Shown here: positions 26,021 to 39,266 of the stretch, one piece after another
Position numbering within the stretch: the first letter of the stretch is position 1
Layout: every line of letters starts with the position of its first letter
Origin: Octopus vulgaris
Taxonomy: Eukaryota
Assembly (NCBI GenBank): GCA_951406725.2
Contig: OX597814.1
Location: 212,846,001 to 212,910,000, forward strand
Length of the DNA stretch: 64,000 nt
Reading direction: 5' to 3'
Translations under genes and position numbers: made by a program
Notes under the pieces: model-generated
Seen by the model: the letters and a program-made list of their open reading frames with translations, nothing else
What the model was told of the DNA's origin: nothing
The model's database searches: none

Positions 26021-28350
26021 TGCTGTATTTAGGAATGGTCATTTTGCCAGTTTAGCCAATAAAAACACACGTACTATATATTTGGTGTTACTTTGCTTCA
26101 GCGTTATTTATTTTTTACATTAATCTTAATCTTATTTCGGCCAGAGTTCTTTCGTCACACTCCTGTGACCTCATCAGTGGTCCTTTGCTTTTTTCTTTCT
26201 TATTTGTGTGTCTCTCCTTAGTAACGGTCAGCCATTTTGTATTTTGTATTCCTATTGTATGTGTCTTCATTTGCGCATGCGTATGCCTCTATGTGTGTCT
26301 ATGTTTAGTTAGTGTGGGGGGAAGTGTCTGTAATATTTGTATCTCCTGTTTATATACGTTCGTGTAATTTGTTTTTGTTTTTGTTTATTTTTATTTGTTC
26401 ATGTGTTTACACCTACTTATTATTATTTTTTTATAATTATTATTTTTAATGTATATAGTTATTTACTTGAAATGAAGGTGCGCGTGCATGTCTACATGAG
26501 AGAATGTATAAGTGTGTGCGTGTGAATGGGGGCTGGTGACTTTGACGTTTGGATGTGTGCGTGTGTAAGTGTGTGCGTCTGTAATATGTGGGTGTGTGGA
26601 TGATGGTGTTGGTGCTGGGAAGTGGTCAGTGCTAGTGTATGCGGAGTGGTGTGGGGTGGTGTGATGTGGTGTGTTGGTATGGGGATGAGTGGTGTGGCGG
26701 TGTTGGGGTGTGGGGTGTGAGGGTGGGATGTCGATATCTGGGTAGGAGTGGTGAGATGTGTGGGGTTTTGGGGTGGACGGAGGGTATCAATAAGGGGAGA
26801 ATGTGGGTAGGAATGAAGAGAGAAAGTAGGTATAAGAGAGAAGAGGAGAGGTGGGTAGCAGTGAATAGAGGAAGTAGGTGTCAGATAGAGAGAGGAAGGA
26901 GTGGAGTTAGATGAAGGGGGCGGGGAATTAACCACATCGGGTGCTAGTGAGCGAAGAGAGAAGATTAATTCCTGTTTACGGCGAAGGCGGAAGGCCGGAT
27001 GGCCACTGTGGAAAGACAATCCGAACACAGATAGATGTTGTAATGAATGACTGGTAGAGCAAAAATGGCACGGGACAGTGAAGTCATTGCCAAGTCTAAC
27101 GTCTCGGAGGTGCTCCACGAACCGGTCAGCCAAGCAGAAGACGGGTAACGGCGAGCGGGTGCGAGAAGCGAGTACTCTGGGAAGGTGAATAGTGGTGAGG
27201 GAATATCCACGAAGGATGAAGTGGTGAGCCGTGAGTTGAGACTGAGTCTCAAACTCATGATTGTCACTGCAGATCCTACGCAGACAGAGGAATTGGGAGT
27301 GGGGAATGGAGAGCTGGGTGTAGGTAGGGTAGGAGGAGGAGGAGAAGTTGAGGTATGACTCTGAGTCGGTGTGTTTGTAGTAGATGGATGTAGTGAGAGT
27401 GGAGTGTTGTATCTTGGCCAAAATGTCGAGAATGGCGATGGAAATGCTGGAAAAGGTACAGGAGAATTCGAGGATAGGATGGAAGGATTGGTCAAAAGAG
27501 AGGAAAAAGTTTAGTTGTTCGTGAGAGAGCGAGGTTGTACCGATTCAGTCATCAATAGAACGACCTTATAGTTCGGGAGTAGGACCAGTGAATCTTGAAA
27601 ATATTTGGGCTTCAACGTAGCTAACGAACAAGTTCGCATAGATGGAGACCATTCTCGTTCTTATGGCCAATCGCGAGACCTGTTGGTAAAACACCCCGGC
27701 GAACGAGAAGCAGTTGAGGGAAAGAACAACTTTGGCCAGACGTAGGAGCGTGGATGCATCGGGTTGGGGTTTGGGTCGAAGTTCTATGAAGTGTCTGAGG
27801 GCAAGAAATCTTCCATTGTGTGGGAACACCGTATATAGACTCTTGATACTAAGAATGAAGAGAATTTTAGAGGGGCCAGGAAGGAAGAAGAAAGAGTTGA
27901 AACGACGGAGAGCATGGTTAGTGTCGTTGATGTTTGAGGGGAGAGAAGCCACTACGGGGTCAAGGATACGGTCGAGGTATTTCGAGATCAGTTCCGTGGG
28001 ACAGTTACAGGCGGAGACGACGGGATGACCAGAGTTGTCGGGCTTGTGGATTTGGGGAAGGAAGTAAATGATGGGGTGCGAGGAGTGTCGACAATGAGGC
28101 TGGAGGCGGTGGGAGGGAGACGGGAGGAGGAGATGAGGGTCATGGATAGTGAGGACACAGTCTGCTGATAGCTAAGCGTTGGATAGCAGAGGACAATAGA
28201 AGGAGGTGGCTTGAAGTTGGCGGAGAGCTTCAGCCTTGTAGAGGTCCGGGGACACCTGCAAAAGTTAAACCGGTCCACAACATGTAGGCAGATGCCCGCA
28301 AAATGATCGACTGCTTTGGAACTGGCCAGGAGCTGGCGTCTAGTGTGGTC
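26021..28350 (-). mobile_element. Penelope-like retroelement, decayed (RT, partial GIY-YIG, 3' terminal repeat)
   Basis: RT motifs LPSNINDT..IKSLYT..LSLNCFSFAGVFYQQ..YANLFVSYVE (27566-27952). Thumb TSIYYKHTDSESYLNFSS..SIPHSQFLCLRRICSD..RGY and endonuclease tail RFVEHLRD..HF..HS..QELIFSLRSLAP (26492-27421). Frameshifts and a deletion in the GIY-YIG region. Confidence 0.9.
26139..26183 (-). ncRNA. Hammerhead-like motif in the Penelope 3' repeat
   Basis: Minus strand ggacca CTGATGA g gtcac-aggagt-gtgac GAAA gaac TC tggcc. Stem III is minimal and stem I is bulged. Confidence 0.5.
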
Positions 28351-28614
28351 GGCAGCCCAGGTCGGTGAAGCAGGCCTCGTCGTTAGATGCAGGTGGAGTG
28401 TTGCGGAAGAGGGCATATAGCCTGACACGGCGCGCAAAGCTATGGATATTAGTACGGGTCTGAAATTCGTTACTAGATGGAGTGAGGTGGATGAAGTGCA
28501 GACCCCTACTGAGAAGAGAGCACTACGGCTCAGAGAGGGGACTGCAGGAAAATTTTCAGGTTTTAAGAGTATCGTGAAAGGCCTCATTGACAGGTCAATC
28601 ATAGGAATTGTTTC

Positions 28615-28722
28615 ATACGGCTTCGATAAAAGTAAACGCTGCTGAATAAAATCATAATTAATTGATTCACTTGCATTTTCTTTTATTGAACGCCAGGAAC
28701 TTCTCAGCAGTCCACTCTCTCT
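28615..28722. mobile_element. Terminal fragment of a mariner-type MITE
   Basis: aaaatcataattaattgattcacttgcattttcttttattgaacgccaggaacttctcagcag aligns with the right half of the MITE at 54951-55188. Confidence 0.55.
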
Positions 28723-28995
28723 CAAATATAATTGTGTGTGTGTATGTGCGTATGTGTATGCATGTATGTAAGTACACTACACACACACACACACACACAC
28801 ACAAGCACACACACACATACATTATATATATATATATATACAAACATATATACATACATATTCACACGCACAATTCATGCCAAAACGATAGTTGATCGCA
28901 TGAAGAAGGACAACTGCTTTACTGAAACGCTGAAACAAACATCAGTGAGAAAAAAGACCAAATACTTATATGTATTTATGTATTTATATATATAA

Positions 28996-29100
<105 letters not shown>

Positions 29101-29449
29101 TGGGTAGATATAAATATGGTTTTATTTGTACGTATTAGTGCGCAGATATATATTTAAATATATATATACATGTATGTGCGAAAGTTCTCTGACACAGTAT
29201 AGGAAAGTGTATTAATATTTATGCGTATATGCGGATGTGCGTGTGAGTGTGTGCGTTAGTGTTAGACACTGCTGCCTGTACTGATATGTCTGTAAGCCAT
29301 ACGATGACAGACATGCACTCTCTCATTTGTTGTAGAGATGTGTCGGGGTGTATTCATGTGTGTGAGTCTCTGTGTGGATGTATGGGTTTAGGGTTAGATG
29401 TGGATGTGTATGTTTTGCTTGTACGGTGTGGTGGAGGTCGGGAGGTTCT

Positions 29450-30323
29450 CAATTGACCAACCGTGAGGAAGATAATGATAATTTTAAATTCAAATCCAAT
29501 AGTGTATTTATGCCATAAGGAAAATTATTAACTGGAACACGGACATACATATATTCCGCTCTGGATCATAATGTAAGAGTTATTAATAATATTATGAATG
29601 ATAACAATGATAACATTAATGGTATTGACAACGATAATGATACTAACTTTAATGACACTTTAGAAACTATTATGAAGTAATATAATGTACTATTGACTAT
29701 GTGTATTTGCATCTAGGTATTAATTTGTGTATGTTTATTATCACAATATTAAGTCGAAAAACTGACACATTGAGTGTGGAACACATATTTATGTTTACTA
29801 ATTTATATTATTTATTTATATCATTATGTATATGTATATTTTTATATGTATAGGAGTGTGAGTATATGCACTCATATGTATATATATATGTTGTATTGTG
29901 GGTACGCACCCACACCCATGTGGGTATATATGTAGACTGAGTTATATTACATAATCTCCGAAGAGGCCTTGTGATATATTTGTTAATGTCTCATTTATAT
30001 CTATATATTGACCAACCATAAAGGACTAATATTGGTAAAATGAGACATAATTATCGACATGGCCGAAACAGCTGTAAGATCTAACTTATACTTATATTTA
30101 TATTTACTTGTATTTATATTCTCTTTTATATATATTCTACTTATTATACAACATTACTCTTTTATGTACACTTTTTTATGTACATTCCTTTATGTACACT
30201 GATTTGTTCTGCTTTTTATATTTAACCCTACAGTCTCTTATGTGGTGGTTTAATAAAGTATGTGATTGAGTATTATCTGCTAATTGATATTTGATTTAGA
30301 TGTATTTCTCCATTTTCTTATCT

Positions 30324-30325
<2 letters not shown>
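29450..30325 (+). mobile_element. Probable Penelope-like terminal repeat
   Basis: AT-rich block between TA/TG microsatellites, carrying a hammerhead motif ~250 bp before its 3' end. No convincing ORF. Confidence 0.45.
29954..30080 (+). ncRNA. Type I hammerhead motif with one core mutation
   Basis: Stem I atct/agat; core CCGAAGA (U4 to C); stem II ggcc/ggcc enclosing a long hairpin (atgtctcattt/aaatgagacat); GAAA; palindromic ACAGCTGT; GUA triplet. Confidence 0.65.
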
Positions 30326-30361
<36 letters not shown>

Positions 30362-30397
30362 AATATATATATATACGAATGTATACGTATATTTATA

Positions 30398-30455
<58 letters not shown>

Positions 30456-31389
30456 CACATATATGCATATAAACATATGTATGCATGTATATATATATAT
30501 AGATAGATACAGATATACGTGCATACATATATCCCCAGATACAAACATACACTACACACATATACACACTTATAGATGCATACATACACACAACTCTGAT
30601 GTTTTACAGAAAAAGACAATGCTCCAGATACTGAGAATAGGAAGAGATTCTTCACAAAAGTGCTTGTAGTTAGAGATCTTAATCAAGATGAAACAGTATT
30701 ATATATTAATGCCAACCAAGGATATGTCATTCTATCGGTGTTCATATAAAAGAAAAATCAATGGTGAAACTACTAAAATATATTGAATAATACAGAACGC
30801 AATGTGGAATACATAAGAAATGTTCGAAATGTATATTATATATGTACATTTCAAATTTGTATACTTCAGCACAACACATGAATACTGTAATTCATTTTAT
30901 GCAAAAATAAATTCATATTAATCAGGGGAAATATATGCAGTGGAGGAATTTTTAATGAAATATTTATATATCTCGACGTATATATGTTTCATCGTAACAC
31001 TCCATGTATAGGAGGATGTGTTGTTATGATATTTTAAGAAACACCGGATACTATCATATGCTTACGAAATGCATATTTTTTGACAAAATATACAATTTGT
31101 GGCGAATGAACGTTGATGTGAATCAAACTTGCCAATTGATGATAAATTGTAATAGGTATCTATCAAATATATGGAATGGTTGAAGCATTCATCACATATT
31201 AGTTTCGGCTTTCATGTGTAATCAGTGGAATAAACTATAACAATATCTCGTAAAGTGTATATATTTCGTTTTAACTAGTATTAAGTATGTGGCAACATAT
31301 TCACTACATGCAATATTTTATCTGAGGCACGTTATATATTCGGATACAGTCTAATAGAAATAAAATCATGCACACCACATTCACACACT

Positions 31390-31612
31390 CACACACATAT
31401 ATACATGTACCTATATACACACACTGGTACACATATATACATGTACCTACATACACCCTCTGACACACACATCTATACATGTACCTACATACACATAGTG
31501 ACACACATCTATACATGTACCTACATACACATAGTGACACACACATCTATACATGTACCTACATACACATAGTGACACACATATATACATGTACCTACAT
31601 ACACACAGTCAC
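31390..31612. repeat. 36-bp minisatellite, ~6 copies
   Basis: Unit acacacatctatacatgtacctacatacacatagtg. Confidence 0.9.
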
Positions 31613-31710
31613 ACCCTCATACCCATACACATACGTATATACACATACATATATATTTATGTATGTGTGACTGTGTGTAAATGCATAGAAGTGTTTGTTT
31701 ATCTACATGC

Positions 31711-31757
<47 letters not shown>

Positions 31758-32631
31758 TGTTTGCGTGTGTGTGCTTATGCGTGTGTGTGAATACAAAGAG
31801 AGAGTGGGGAATTGTTATATGTCCATATCTATGTAACTATTCAACATACATAGATATATACATACACAACATACGTATTTTATTATATCTATATGCCTAT
31901 GAGAATATATTTTCGTATACATGAATGCGTGTGTGAGCGTTTGCGTGTGAGCGAGTATGTGTATGTACGTGTAGGTGTTTATTTCATATGTATTTATAAA
32001 TGCTTTTCCGAAAGAATTTTCGACATCTTTTATATGTTAACATATATGTGTTTTAATGTATAAACCCATTAATTTAAATTTTATATACCTCCTTTTAAAA
32101 GTGTTTTCAAAATTTGTTTATACGATGATGAAACTGTTTGTTTTTGCACTAAAGTGCAATATATTGAAGCCATAAATTCTTCCTAGCAATCCGATTCTTT
32201 AATGCGTGTTGATGTATATACTCTGTATAAACATATTTAACATTTCTATTGTTAAAGTGGATAGACTAACAGGAATAGCGATTCTACATCATAATATAAC
32301 TTACATCAAGCCAAAAACTTAATCTTTAATTCTCACTCTTCTTCTAACTGCAGTTATGCACCACATGGCATTATACTTAGCTACTGTTATTAATGGAAGC
32401 ACGCTAACTATGATGATTTATTAATTGGCTTACAGTGTTCTGCCAAGAATATTCCGTTGCAAACCCTTGAGGGAATATGCTGAAATTGTATCGCACTGCA
32501 GGTTTCGTCGATGCAATAAAATAAGAAATAATGTGTACTGACTCAAGCAACAAAGTTCAACCTAAAGTAAACAATAGGAAATCCATCAAATATGTTTACT
32601 TTATAACATTGTTCAATAAATACATACACCC

Positions 32632-32686
<55 letters not shown>

Positions 32687-32713
32687 ATATATATATATAT
32701 ATCTATATATATG

Positions 32714-32795
<82 letters not shown>

Positions 32796-32910
32796 TGTGT
32801 GTAAGTATGTATGCATGCAGGTGTGTATGCATATAGTTTGATAGATTGAGATAGAGAAATAGAGAGTGGAAGAGAGTCAGACAGACAGACAGATATATAT
32901 ATATATATAT

Positions 32911-32949
<39 letters not shown>

Positions 32950-33045
32950 TATAGATAGATAGATAGATAGATAAGAAGGGAATTATTAGATAAAGAAAGA
33001 AGAAATATGAAATCAATTTCATTAACACACAACTGTTTCTGCTAT

Positions 33046-35213
33046 TAGTCCATGAGCCACGTCAGCTAGTGGCACCATCTGAGGTGAATACACGTAAAGG
33101 TATTAAAATATTTATAGTGTCACTATGAGTGTAAAAAACGTGATACCTCTTTCAGCTAGGTAGTTTTGTTCGTTTTTTGTAGATATATGAAATTTCACCA
33201 ATACTCATACTGAAGTACTTCTGCGCGTGATGACTACAACACGTATGACATCTTTCAAACATCTAACAGAAATTAGAATGAACTGAACAAGCCCCTCGTA
33301 TACACAGACAGTCTTTCCATGGATGACCTTGTCAAAAACACCACAGACTGCTTCAGAAGTTGTTGGAATTAAATAAAATTCTGTCTGAGTATTCTCTAAT
33401 CAAAGCAGCAGTGCAGCTAAGACAAAAGGCAATGAAACAATATATCAGTCAATCATGACCACGAATCACCGAGCAAAATATCATTTCCGACATTGTTACC
33501 AAATTTCCCTATTCCTTGCTGACTGGGGCAAGCAAGTGTTCAAGTTCCTCAGAAAGGGTCAAGCGTCTTGCTATTTCTTTTGGAAGTGGCCTGGTGTTTG
33601 CTGTTACATGTTCTGAGTTTGTGCCTGGGGTTCTGTAGCAAAGTCCCGTGCTGTCTGTGCCAGAAGTGTGGTACAAAGGACAGAACACACTTCCTTGGCA
33701 TTACGAAACTGAGTCTTACACTGCGAGGTGGCATCTCCGATGCTTTGATTGGCATGCACGCCTTCACAGGTTGTGATACAGTCAGTGCATTTCCTGGCCG
33801 TGGAAAGCTGACAACGTTCAAACAGATGAAATCCAACAAGTCCTTCCGAGAAGATTTCTGTGAATTGTTGAGGTCTTGGGATGTATTTCCTGAACTGTGT
33901 CAGAAGCTACAGATGATAACCTGCCAAATGTACATGCCTTCTGCTTCTATAACAACAGCAGTAAATAAACTTCGATGCCAGATCTTTTGCGCTAGACATG
34001 GAAAAATTGAATCGTGTCAACTACTTCCACGTGAGGACTGTCTGTTATGCATGTTTTCCGTGCAAATACCAAGCAACCATCTGGACAAGATGTCTGCAGG
34101 GGCCAACCCTTTGTTCCAAGCCCCATCGGCAATGGCTGGAGATTAGACTAGAAGAATTATCTCGTCATTGCTTGTCGCCCGCACTGGATGCTGATCTTTA
34201 GCTTTTGTCCTGAAAATGTGTGCATTCCTGCAAACTACCAGCATGCAGCTGCCTCAATAATGGCTTGAAGTGAACAGACATGTGCAACCTACGGACATAC
34301 GACAAACAATCTCCTGAATTCGGCAACAGAAAGACAGAATTAGAACTGACGGATTCTGAGGATGACCACGATGATTAACTTCATGGTATGCTGGGTAGCC
34401 ATGGCAGATCCAGAACATGGCTAACCTAAAGCTGCTATGCTAGTAGAAAATGTTCGTTGATTTGAAAACAACTGATACCATCTTTCCCAGTGGCATGACT
34501 TGTTGTGTGCACATGGGATTACTGCGTCAAGTTTGGTCTTATGTTCAAGACATATCATGTATATTGGAGGCGCAATGGCCTAGTGGTTAGGGCAGCGGAC
34601 ACGCGGTCGTAGGATCGCGGTTTCGATTCCCAGACCGGGCGTTGTGAGTGTTTATTGAGCGAAAACACCTAAAGCTCCACGAGGCTCCGGCATGGGGTTG
34701 TGGTGATCCCTGCTGTACTCTTTCACCACAACTTTCTCTCACTCTTACTTCTTGTTTCTGCTGTACCTGTATTTCAAAGGGCAGGCCTTGTCACTCTCTG
34801 TGTCACGCTGAATATCCCCGAGAACTACGTTAAAGGTGCACGTGTCTGTGGATTGCTCAGGCACTTACTCGTTAATTTCACGAGCAGGCTGTTCCGTTGA
34901 TCGGATCAACCGGAACCCTCGTCGTCGGAACCGACGGAGTGCTTCCATTCAATCATGTATATGAAATATGCAATTCAATTTTATTAAGTATCAATACATA
35001 TTAATGAAATTATGACCTGCTTATCATTTCGTTGCCCTTGGAATAGTCAAAATAAAGATATTTCAGAAACTTTTGCTTCTTATGGTGGGTATGTCTATTT
35101 ATAAGGTGATAATTGCTACTAAGCTACCATTCTGACATATATAAATAGAAACTAGAGACATATAGCAAGTCAAAAATTACCATAAGAATTTTGGGGTCTG
35201 AGCTTAAAGCCTA
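33046..35213 (+). mobile_element. Academ-type (AcademX-like) DNA transposon, internally deleted, with both termini
   Basis: ORF 33568-34146 carries HAFTGCDTVSAFPGRGK (XPG/FEN1-like H3TH), followed by YQATIW..GW and a decayed Cys-rich tail. Termini TAGTCCATGAGC / reverse complement TAGGCTTTAAGC. Flanked by TAT at 33043-33045 and 35214-35216 (3-bp TSD). Confidence 0.7.
34566..34951 (+). mobile_element. Full-length tRNA(Arg)-like SINE (family C) with 11-bp TSD, nested in the Academ element
   Basis: Head ggaggcgcaatggcctagtggttagggcagcgg..ggtttcgattccc. TSD atcatgtatat at 34554-34564 and 34952-34962. Sister copy at 62285. Confidence 0.9.
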
Positions 35214-35451
35214 TATTAAAATGTGAATACTTGTGCATCATCTTCTGGTTTCTTTGAATCATTCAGACTGAAGTGTATGTATATTTTGTAAAGCACTTAA
35301 ATACATAGAAAATGTATATAATAATACCTATTCAGACAGGTACATATGAATAAAATAGTACGTGTGTACTGAGTGTGTACAAGAGATTATTAGTAACGCT
35401 ATGCCTAAGAGAAATCATATATACATGCATACATATATACATATGTATACA

Positions 35452-35627
<176 letters not shown>

Positions 35628-35650
35628 GTATGTATACATATAAGTATAAG

Positions 35651-36326
35651 TATGAGCATTTATAGGATATAATCGTATATAAACTCAATTAACAATTAAA
35701 GATGGAAGAGAGATGTTGAATATTTTATAAAATTTTAATCTATGAGTGCGATCGTTTCAAATGATAACACCAACATTTAAGATACATGAAAAACATAAAA
35801 TTAACTATAATATAATTAAATTAAATTAAATCAATAACGTATTACCATTCTCCTCAGTGCAAAAGATGGAGAACACATCAGGAACGGTAGTAACAGTTTA
35901 TTACAGGAGACCACATTGAGTCTGTGTCGCAAAACTCAATCGGATATTCACAAATTGATTGTGAAAGATGAAATATAAGAACATGGTTAGGTAATATTTC
36001 ATCTTTCACAATCAATTTGTGAATATCCGATTGAGTTTTGCGACACAGACTCAAAGGGGTCTCCTGTAATATTCTTCTGTTACTACCGTTCCTAATGTTT
36101 TCTTCATCTTTTACACTGAGGAGAATAGTAATATGTAATTAAATTAATTCAATTTAATAATAATTATAATTAATTTGATTTTTTTCATGTTTCTTATATG
36201 TTGGTATCATCATTTGAAACGATCGTATGCATGGATTAAATTTTTATAAAACTTTTAACATCTTCTCTTCTTCATCTTTAATTGTTAGTTGAGTTTATAT
36301 AGGATTATATTCTATAAATTCTTATA
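35651..36326. repeat. ~330-bp-arm inverted repeat (inverted Penelope-type terminal repeats), each arm with a hammerhead motif
   Basis: Arms 35651-35976 and 35994-36326 with a 17-bp spacer; the inner 61 bp are identical. CTGAGGA..GAAACGATCG motifs at 36112-36231 (+) and 35743-35861 (-). Confidence 0.9.
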
Positions 36327-36687
36327 ACACACCTTACACTTGTTAAATTGTCATATCTTTTAAATGAATATTTACGTTAGTAAGCTACAATTTTAATATG
36401 AAATCTAACTTTCGTCTCCCACCCCAAAGCAAAGATGTTCTAAATGAACTCAGCCTTTCTCATATATACATATTATCTTTTGCTAGCATCAGTCACACCA
36501 TCACCGGTTGTCAAGCGGTTGTTGAGGACAAATACAGACACAAAGACACACACACATAAACACATATATACATACGTACACTATGTGTGTGTGTGTGTGC
36601 GCGTGTATGTGTGTGTGTGTGTCGGCGTACGTGTGACTGTGTGGTAGAAAGCTTGCTTCTCAAACACTGGGTTCCGGGTTCAATCCT

Positions 36688-39162
36688 TGCTTTGATGAGA
36701 GTCACGACGCCCAGAAATTGATTGGTCCGAGCAACTATAAATAGTAGCAGTGGGAGTGAAGTTTGCGCGTTAGTTCCAGTTGAGTTCGCAGTGAGGTCGG
36801 AAGGTGTCAGCTGGTTAGTTCGTTTAGAATACTGATTGTTGGTCCGTGAAGAGATTGTTGGATAGTTACGTTGTTATTACGGTTGCATCGTTATCTTGTT
36901 TACTATTACTATAATGGCACAGTGTATCTAAACAATCTGTCACAATATCTGTACCACGACATTCAGAGACGGAGGGTACAATATCTCGTTACGAGACTTT
37001 CGAAGCTCATGTAAGTTATTTAACAATTTGTTCGTGATACATCTTGTTAAATTATGGAAAAACTATTATCTTCTATAATAAAAGTGCAAAAGCAACAAGA
37101 AAACAAAAACAGGAGTTGCAGAAGCAGTTAGAACAGCGACAACTACAACACCAACAATTATTGGAGCTATACGCAAAGAAGTCCGAAAATGCGGTAAGTT
37201 ACGCTTACGCCAGATGGTGCATCTAACTCCATAACGGAATTCAGTTATAAACCAGAGAAGGATATGACTTTTGCAGCTTGGTACAGAAGGGACAAGTAGA
37301 TTTTTTAAGGAAGATTTCAAAATATGGTCGGTTGAAGAAAAAGGAAGATTATTATTACATAATTTAACTCCATCTGAGCAGGACCGTTACTGTAATTTCA
37401 TATTGCCTAAAATTTCTAGTGAAATATGTTTTCAGGAAGCAATCAAGTTACCGACGAACATGTTCGGTGATAAATGTTCTTTATCACTCGAATGGAGTGT
37501 TGGAATTTAATAAAAAAGAGGATGACTTTATTACGTATGCAGGAACAGTCAACAGAATGTGTGAAAGTTTTAAACTTAAATAACTTATTCCAGAGTTGTT
37601 AAGTGCCTCAAGGGCTTACAGCAAATTAAAATACAGAAATACGGTCAAGAATACTTTTAAAACTTGAACACGCGAGCCAAGATTTAATCTCTCAGACTGT
37701 TGGAGAAGAGTGTGAACGGATGGTGAATCTGAAAATCGACGCAAGAAAACTTCAAGAAAAAACAGATATGTCGACTGAGAAAGTGTAACCGAAGAAGGTT
37801 GCTATGCTCTAATCCATGTTACAGATGTGTAGGCCTAGAATTCAGAAAAGATTGTTCTTTTAAAAATCAAAATTTTTTCAGTTATCAAAAATGTGGACAC
37901 AAGAGTTTATACTGCAGAATAAAAGTACGAAAGTCAAATGTAAAGACTTCTAAAGTGCTCTCAGCAGAAAGTAATATCGACTCCGAAATAAAAAAAATTG
38001 TACACGTTAAGGTAAACGGAATAGATATTAAATTACTGCTGAATACTGATAGTAACATTTCAATCATTAACCCCGACACGTGGAAGAATATAGGGAAACT
38101 TATGTTAAGGAACAGCGGAAACAACAGTGGCGTTACGAGTGACAGATTACACATTTGAAGGCGAAATGTAGAATGCTATCACATTTCGAGGAAAGTCTTG
38201 CAAGGCGAAAGTTTTCATCGTAAAGGATGCAACCAATCTATTTGCTACAGACTGGTTTGAGGTATTTCATTTATGCGATCTCCTAATAAGCTGGTACTGT
38301 AAAAAATTAAATGGTTGCCCCTCCAGTGAAAAGAACTCAGCAGTTGAATTGAAGAGAAGATTATTTCAAAATATAATATCTAATGTTATTCACGAACGGC
38401 CAGTGACGGTGCATCATATAAAATGAAATCCGTAGAGGATAATTAGATTGCAAGATGGAAAGAAGTGTTGAAATATAGGCAAAACAAAAAGGCAAATTCG
38501 AATAATTTTTCGCTATGCGACGATGTTTTAATGTACGCGCAAAGAATGGTAGTACCAACTGCACTACAGAAATGAGTATTGCAGGAATTATTGAGTGGGC
38601 ACTCGGGAATGTCGAGAATGAAAGCCTTAATGAAGAGCTATGTACATTGGCCGACAATGGACCAGGACACTGAAAATTGTATAAAATCATGTTGCGGTTG
38701 TACGACACAGGTGATACAGTAGGTGCGGCCGGAAAGGGATAGTCCGTGGTCCACCGTACATATCGACTACGCTGGACCAATGAACGGCGCATATTATTTA
38801 GTCGTTGATGATAGTGGTACAAAGTGTCCAGAGGTATGCAGGTTGCACAAACCAACCACTAAGACAACGATAAAGTTCCTGGATGAATTATTTGCCCGAT
38901 ACGGTGTTCCAGCCACGTTAGTATCAGATAATGGAACATAATTTAGGGGTAGTGAATTAAACATTTTCGACAAAATACATGCGATAAAGCTTATTTTTTT
39001 ACCCCGACCTAATCCCCGAGGTCAAACGAGCAGGAAGAAAGATTCGTTGATACATATATATATATATACATCAGCCACACCAGCCACCTCCGGTCTCATG
39101 GCGTCAGTTCCATCAGATGATGTCAGTTGGTCATCTTCGAACCGAAGGACGAACAGGAAAAT

Positions 39163-39208
<46 letters not shown>

Positions 39209-39212
39209 ATGT

Positions 39213-39266
<54 letters not shown>

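Noticed and set aside
27988-28725. 245-aa ORF, plus antisense ORFs such as 59859-60278 and 27714-28028
   Set aside because: Chimeric or off-frame readings across Penelope, MITE and LINE sequence.
33568-34146. Host XPG/FEN1 or tesmin-like gene
   Set aside because: No introns, frameshifts and stops downstream, and enclosed by transposon-like termini with a TSD.
34566-34640. tRNA gene calls at SINE heads (also 62285, 6224 and 1430)
   Set aside because: No proper acceptor stem or terminator; each continues into a SINE body, several with TSDs.
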